From an uncultured Campylobacter sp. (lineage in GTDB: Bacteria > Campylobacterota > Campylobacteria > Campylobacterales > Campylobacteraceae): DNA of 64,000 nt. This document shows positions 59,737-64,000 of the stretch, piece by piece. The DNA is taken from the NCBI RefSeq assembly GCF_938017705.1, contig NZ_CALIIS010000038.1, positions 3,532 through 67,531 on the forward strand. Reading direction: 5' to 3'. Position 1 is the first letter of the stretch. Every line of letters begins with the position of its first letter. Made by a program: the position numbers and the translations under genes. Under the pieces are notes generated by a model. That model saw only the letters and a program-made list of their open reading frames with translations, was not told where the DNA came from and searched no databases.

Positions 59737-59760
59737 GCGTCCCTTACGCATAAAATTTAA

Positions 59761-60828
59761 ATGCTAGCCGATAAACTAAAGCCCTTTTTGGATCGCTACG
59801 ACGAGCTTTCGCGCATGCTTAGCGATCCCGCAGTTACCGCAGATATCGCTAATATGACGGCGCTATCTAAGGAGCAGCGCAATATCGAGCCGATCAAAGA
59901 GGCGGCTAGCGAGTATCTTAAAATTTTAAATCAGATCGAAGAAAACAAAGCCCTGCTAAGCGATGCCGATCTAGGCGAGCTAGCCAAAGAGGAGCTTAAA
60001 AGCTTAGAGATGCAAAAGCCGCAGCTCGAAGAAAAAATCAAAATTTTACTGCTTCCGAAAGACCCCAACGATGATAAGAATATCTTTCTTGAGATCCGCG
60101 CCGGTACAGGCGGCGACGAAGCGGCGCTGTTTGCGGGCGATCTGCTCGGCGCGTATCTGCGCTACGCCGATCTTCGCGGCTATAAATGCGAGATCGTAAG
60201 CACTAGCGAAGGCAGCGTCGGCGGCTACAAAGAAGCGATCTTGCTCGTAAAGGGCGCGGGAGCGTATTCGCGGCTGAAATTTGAAGGCGGCACTCACCGC
60301 GTGCAGCGCGTCCCCGAAACGGAGAGCCAGGGCAGGGTGCATACCTCCGCGATCACCGTCGCCGTCATGCCCGAGATCGAGGATAGCGAGATACAGATCA
60401 ACCCAAACGACCTTCGCATCGACGTTATGCGCAGCTCCGGCCACGGCGGACAGTCCGTAAACACCACCGACAGCGCCGTTCGCATCACTCACATCCCGAC
60501 CGGTTTAGTCGTTACCAACCAAGACGGCAAGGACCAGCACAAAAACAAAGAAGCGGCGATGAAGGTGCTGAAGGCGCGCCTTTACGATATGCAGGAGCAG
60601 GAGCGGCTCGAAAAAGAGCGCAAAGATCGCAAGGATCAGGTAGGCACCGGCGACCGCTCGGGGCGAATTCGTACCTACAACTATCCGCAAAACCGCATCA
60701 GCGACCACCGCATAAATTTAACTCTCTACCGCCTGGACGCGATAATGGCAGGGGGCTTGTTCGACGAGATCATCGATCCGCTCATCGCGCACTCTCAAGC
60801 CGAAGCGATCGCAAACGCGGGCTATTAG
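59761..60828 (+). CDS. prfA: peptide chain release factor 1
   Basis: GGQ motif ([24 protein letters not shown]) and a PxT-type region ([17 protein letters not shown]). Confidence 0.95.
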   Translation: MLADKLKPFLDRYDELSRMLSDPAVTADIANMTALSKEQRNIEPIKEAASEYLKILNQIEENKALLSDADLGELAKEELKSLEMQKPQLEEKIKILLLPKDPNDDKNIFLEIRAGTGGDEAALFAGDLLGAYLRYADLRGYKCEIVSTSEGSVGGYKEAILLVKGAGAYSRLKFEGGTHRVQRVPETESQGRVHTSAITVAVMPEIEDSEIQINPNDLRIDVMRSSGHGGQSVNTTDSAVRITHIPTGLVVTNQDGKDQHKNKEAAMKVLKARLYDMQEQERLEKERKDRKDQVGTGDRSGRIRTYNYPQNRISDHRINLTLYRLDAIMAGGLFDEIIDPLIAHSQAEAIANAGY

Positions 60829-61230
60829 CCTTTTAAAATTTAATCCTCATATTTTCAAAATTTTGCTGCGATTTTGTTGCAAAATTTACTTAAATTTAGC
60901 CGCAAGCCTTCGGGACAATGTGTTTAATGGCTTTCGCCTCGGCAAATTCACTTAAATTTCATCGCAGTCGTCGCTTGAAATCCCGCCTTTTTAAATTTAA
61001 ATTCTATTCGCCGTGCCGCCTGGCGTTTTAAATTTCTCTGTTTTTTTAAAATGCGCGCCTTAAACGCCGCTTTAAAATTTACGCAGACGCGAGCAGGGGG
61101 GGTCGCTGCGATAAATTTAAAGTCAAATTTTATTTCTAGCCATCTTTTAATTTGTTTCTTATCTTTGGTGTATTAAATCCCGCTTCGTTTCATTCGTAAA
61201 TTTGAAACGTATTTCTAAAAAGGAAAAACA

Positions 61231-61488
61231 ATGAGCGAAAGAAATTTACAAATTTTAGGTTGGGCGGGCACATGCCTGTCGGTCATCATGTACGTATCCT
61301 ACGTGCCGAACATAATGGCAAATTTAAGCGGCAACAAAGTCCCGTTTCTCCAGCCGCTCGCAGCCGCGATAAACTGCACGATATAGCTTAGCTACGGCCT
61401 GCTAAAGCCCAAAAAGGACTATCCGCTCGCCGCGGCGAATTTCCCGGGGATCATCTTTGGGCTACTAATCGCAATAACGGCGCTTTGA
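61231..61488 (+). pseudogene. SemiSWEET/PQ-loop-like three-TM transporter gene interrupted by one TAG
   Basis: My hand translation gives MSERNLQILGWAGTCLSVIMYVSYVPNIMANLSGNKVPFLQPLAAAINCTI*LSYGLLKPKKDYPLAAANFPGIIFGLLIAITAL. The stop is a TAG at 61384-61386, at the position where these proteins usually have W in the W..YG motif. SD AAAGGAAA lies upstream. Confidence 0.55.
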
Positions 61489-61751
61489 ACCGCGCTTTTA
61501 GCGGCTTGATAAATTTTAAAACCGCCCGCGCCGCACCTTGTCTGCCGCGTCTGTACAGCGCACCCACCTGCCACGCTGAGTCCGAGCTAACTTGTCGCAA
61601 GCGTACCCGCACCTCACATATCCATTACGACGCGGCTTTAAATTTCACAAAATCGTCCGTGCCGAATTCAAGTCTGCCGAATTTAAATAACTTTTATACA
61701 AAATTTGATAAGCTTATTTTGATTAAAATTTTATCTTTAAAAGGACGAAAA

Positions 61752-62597
61752 ATGAAAAAGGTCATCACTTGCGTCGATCAAAATGCGCTTGCCCCAGCGG
61801 TTAGAGATTACGGAATTTACGTCGCTAAAACCTTGGGTGCCGAGCTCGTGTTTATTCACGTGGTTGAAATCCCAGAGCTTGGCGAGAATTTTTATGGGCT
61901 AGCCGCAGGCGGAATCGTCCTAGGAGAGAATGATATCCTTGCAAATAGCTACGGAAGTCCCACACTAGGCGGCGTGGATGCGGAGAAAGACCACGAAGAA
62001 GCTGAAGCGATGCTGGATGAATATATCTGCGCCGCGACTACTGCGGGCGTAAAGGCGAGTAAGATCATCAAAGATGGCGATTTCATCGACGTTATCGCTG
62101 AGTACAAGGAGGAAGCTGAAATTTTTGTACTCGGTATCAAGGGCTCAAATAACGAGGACGTAGGCTTTAACGCAAGCGTGCTAATAAAGGAGCTTCACGT
62201 GCCGTCGCTGCTCGTGAATAAGGAATTTTCACCTATTAACTCCGTGCTCATTGCGTTTGACGGCACTGACGCGGCGAAACGCACGCTTGAGTTTATAAAG
62301 AGCTCAAAGCTTCTTGCGAGCGCACATAAGCATGTCTTGCACATCAATGCGGGTGCCGCAGAGGGTGAGCGGATGCTGGATCTAGCGCGCGAAATTTTAG
62401 GCACTCAAAACGCCACTTTCAAATACATCCAAGCGGAAGTGCCCGCCGATGAGATCATCAAATATCGCCGCGCCAATAACCTCGATCTGATCGCTACCGG
62501 TGCCTTTACGAAGGGGTTTTTCAAAAAGCTCTTTTTAGGCAGCGTCTCCGAGGATATCTTGCACAATGCGCTGGTACCGGTGCTAGTGCTATCGTAG
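61752..62597 (+). CDS. universal stress protein, tandem UspA domains
   Basis: The real start is the ATG at 61752 (MKKVITCVDQNALAP...) within ORF 61485..62597. There are two Usp-type halves, and the C-terminus ...GAFTKGFFKKLFLGSVSEDILHNALVPVLVL is typical. Confidence 0.8.
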   Translation: MKKVITCVDQNALAPAVRDYGIYVAKTLGAELVFIHVVEIPELGENFYGLAAGGIVLGENDILANSYGSPTLGGVDAEKDHEEAEAMLDEYICAATTAGVKASKIIKDGDFIDVIAEYKEEAEIFVLGIKGSNNEDVGFNASVLIKELHVPSLLVNKEFSPINSVLIAFDGTDAAKRTLEFIKSSKLLASAHKHVLHINAGAAEGERMLDLAREILGTQNATFKYIQAEVPADEIIKYRRANNLDLIATGAFTKGFFKKLFLGSVSEDILHNALVPVLVLS

Positions 62598-62895
62598 CCG
62601 CAAGACCAAACGCCGATAAACGCTAAATTCCGTCGCTTACGTTATTTTAAAGCGGCGGAATTTTAGAATTTTAAATTTTTCAATCCTTCGTTTTTCAAAT
62701 TCATATACTTTTTAAAATTCATAGAAATTTTGCTTGAAAATTCGTCAATATATCTTATTAAATTCCGTTAAATTAGTAATTGCATATATAATTTTATGAT
62801 TTAGTTTATTAAAAATTTTATTATTATTTAAGAGGAATTGTAAGATAATCCCACCAGTAAATTGATATAGATTATAAAATCTAAAAAGGATTTTT

Positions 62896-64000
62896 ATGAA
62901 AAAGGGTAAAATTTTACTCTCTTTGGCGCTACTTTGCTCGCCGTTTTGGCTTACTGCGGCGCAAAATAGCGGCACTTCTCAAAACTCATCTGTCGCAAGC
63001 TCTGCCTCTAAAATTTCGTCATCGCAAAGCTCTGTGCAAAAGCCTGGAAGTCGCCCTACCACTGTAAATTCCGCGCCGCAGGGCAACGCTGTCGTAAGCC
63101 CCGCTACTAAAGGCGTTGCACAAAATTCCATGCCGCAAAGCAGTAGCGCGACAAATTCTACGCTGCAGGGCTCAGACGGCGATAATCTCGGCACCATAAA
63201 CGTCACGGGCAAGGCCGATCTGTCCACTACCGAGGGCACGGGCTCTTATACGACGGGCAATATGAGCACAGCGACGGGGCTAAATTTAAGCATAAGAGAA
63301 ACGCCGCAGTCCATAAGCGTCATCTCCAATCAGCTTTTAAAAGATCTGAGTTTACACAACGCCGAAGAGGCTCTTTCAAAATACGCCACCGGCATTTCGC
63401 TAAATAACGACGCAGGCGGCAATCGCATCGTCTCGCGCGGCTTTTATGTCGATAATATCCAAGAAGATGGCATCGCAAGCTCGGTTTCCAGCTCCGTGTT
63501 CGGGCCGCTGGGCTCATCGAAGGAATTTACCGATTTGGAATTCTACGATCGCGTCGAGGTTCTGCGCGGCGTAGCGGGCCTTACGCAAAGCAACGGCGAG
63601 CCCGGCGGCACGATAAATTTAATCCGAAAGCGTCCGAGCGATCAGTTCGGCTTTAACGCAAGTCTAAGCGGCGGTAGCTGGGATAATTATCGCGGCATGA
63701 TCGACGTTACGGATGCGGTAAATCAAAGCGGTACGGCACGCGCGCGGCTGATCGGAATTTTAAGTAAAACGGGCTCGTTTAAGGACTATCCGCGCAACGG
63801 CTATCGCGAAGGCGTCGGCGTTTCGACGGAATTTGACTTGGCCGATAAAACGCTTCTTAGCGCGGGATTTTTGTGGCAAAAAACCGTCGGCGTCTATGAT
63901 ATTTACGGCGTGCCCGTTTTAGATAATCATGGAAATTTACTAAATTTACCGCGCAGAAGTTACTTCGGCTCGGACTGGGACAGAAGCGAATATAAAAAAA
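62896..64000 (+). CDS. TonB-dependent (siderophore-type) outer-membrane receptor, 3' end off the window
   Basis: Absent from the ORF track because it is incomplete. ATG at 62896 behind AAAAGGA, signal peptide MKKGKILLSLALLCSPFWLTAA, and a Ser/Gln-rich linker. The plug-domain motifs follow: ...RETPQSISVISNQLLKD..., ...YDRVEVLRGVAGLTQSNGEPGGTINLIRKRP... Confidence 0.8.
   Translation, partial: MKKGKILLSLALLCSPFWLTAAQNSGTSQNSSVASSASKISSSQSSVQKPGSRPTTVNSAPQGNAVVSPATKGVAQNSMPQSSSATNSTLQGSDGDNLGTINVTGKADLSTTEGTGSYTTGNMSTATGLNLSIRETPQSISVISNQLLKDLSLHNAEEALSKYATGISLNNDAGGNRIVSRGFYVDNIQEDGIASSVSSSVFGPLGSSKEFTDLEFYDRVEVLRGVAGLTQSNGEPGGTINLIRKRPSDQFGFNASLSGGSWDNYRGMIDVTDAVNQSGTARARLIGILSKTGSFKDYPRNGYREGVGVSTEFDLADKTLLSAGFLWQKTVGVYDIYGVPVLDNHGNLLNLPRRSYFGSDWDRSEYKK

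Noticed and set aside
61485-61751. N-terminal 89 aa of ORF 61485..62597
   Set aside because: It starts at a TTG overlapping the SemiSWEET-like stop, and its translation is low-quality and Cys/Arg/Thr-rich. The Usp domain begins at the SD-preceded ATG at 61752.

Overview
This 64-kb window looks like a Campylobacter-type (Campylobacterota) chromosome segment spanning the replication origin. That assignment is an inference from gene content and order. The dnaA-dnaN-gyrB block lies on the minus strand at 48.4-53.3 kb, with DnaA-box clusters on both sides of dnaA. Most of the window is ordinary core metabolism and housekeeping: purB, a DASS transporter, an amino-acid ABC transporter, a PatB-like lyase, moaC, tpx, typA, queF, ruvC, nhaA, hemJ, lspA, glmM, rpsT and prfA. 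Three features are missing from the ORF track: an SRP (4.5S) RNA at about 45.25-45.36 kb, a SemiSWEET-like gene interrupted by one TAG codon, and two genes that run off the window ends (an RluA-like synthase and a TonB-dependent receptor). Accessory content comprises a DinJ/YoeB toxin-antitoxin islet and two anciently paralogous TorA-like molybdoenzyme + monohaem cytochrome c modules. These modules flank a 6.5-kb variable segment holding orphan immunity-like proteins, a DUF805/TM2 pair and hutX. I did not find a convincing new multi-gene defence or mobile system, and there is no CRISPR array, tRNA, rRNA, integrase or transposase. The items I rate most worth follow-up are: a tiny promoter-to-terminator unit upstream of moaC (sRNA candidate); a DsbB-like protein lacking the CXXC pair beside a TorA-like operon; unusually long intergenic regions saturated with RAATTY hexamers and short dispersed repeats; and a lower-GC block around the origin genes.
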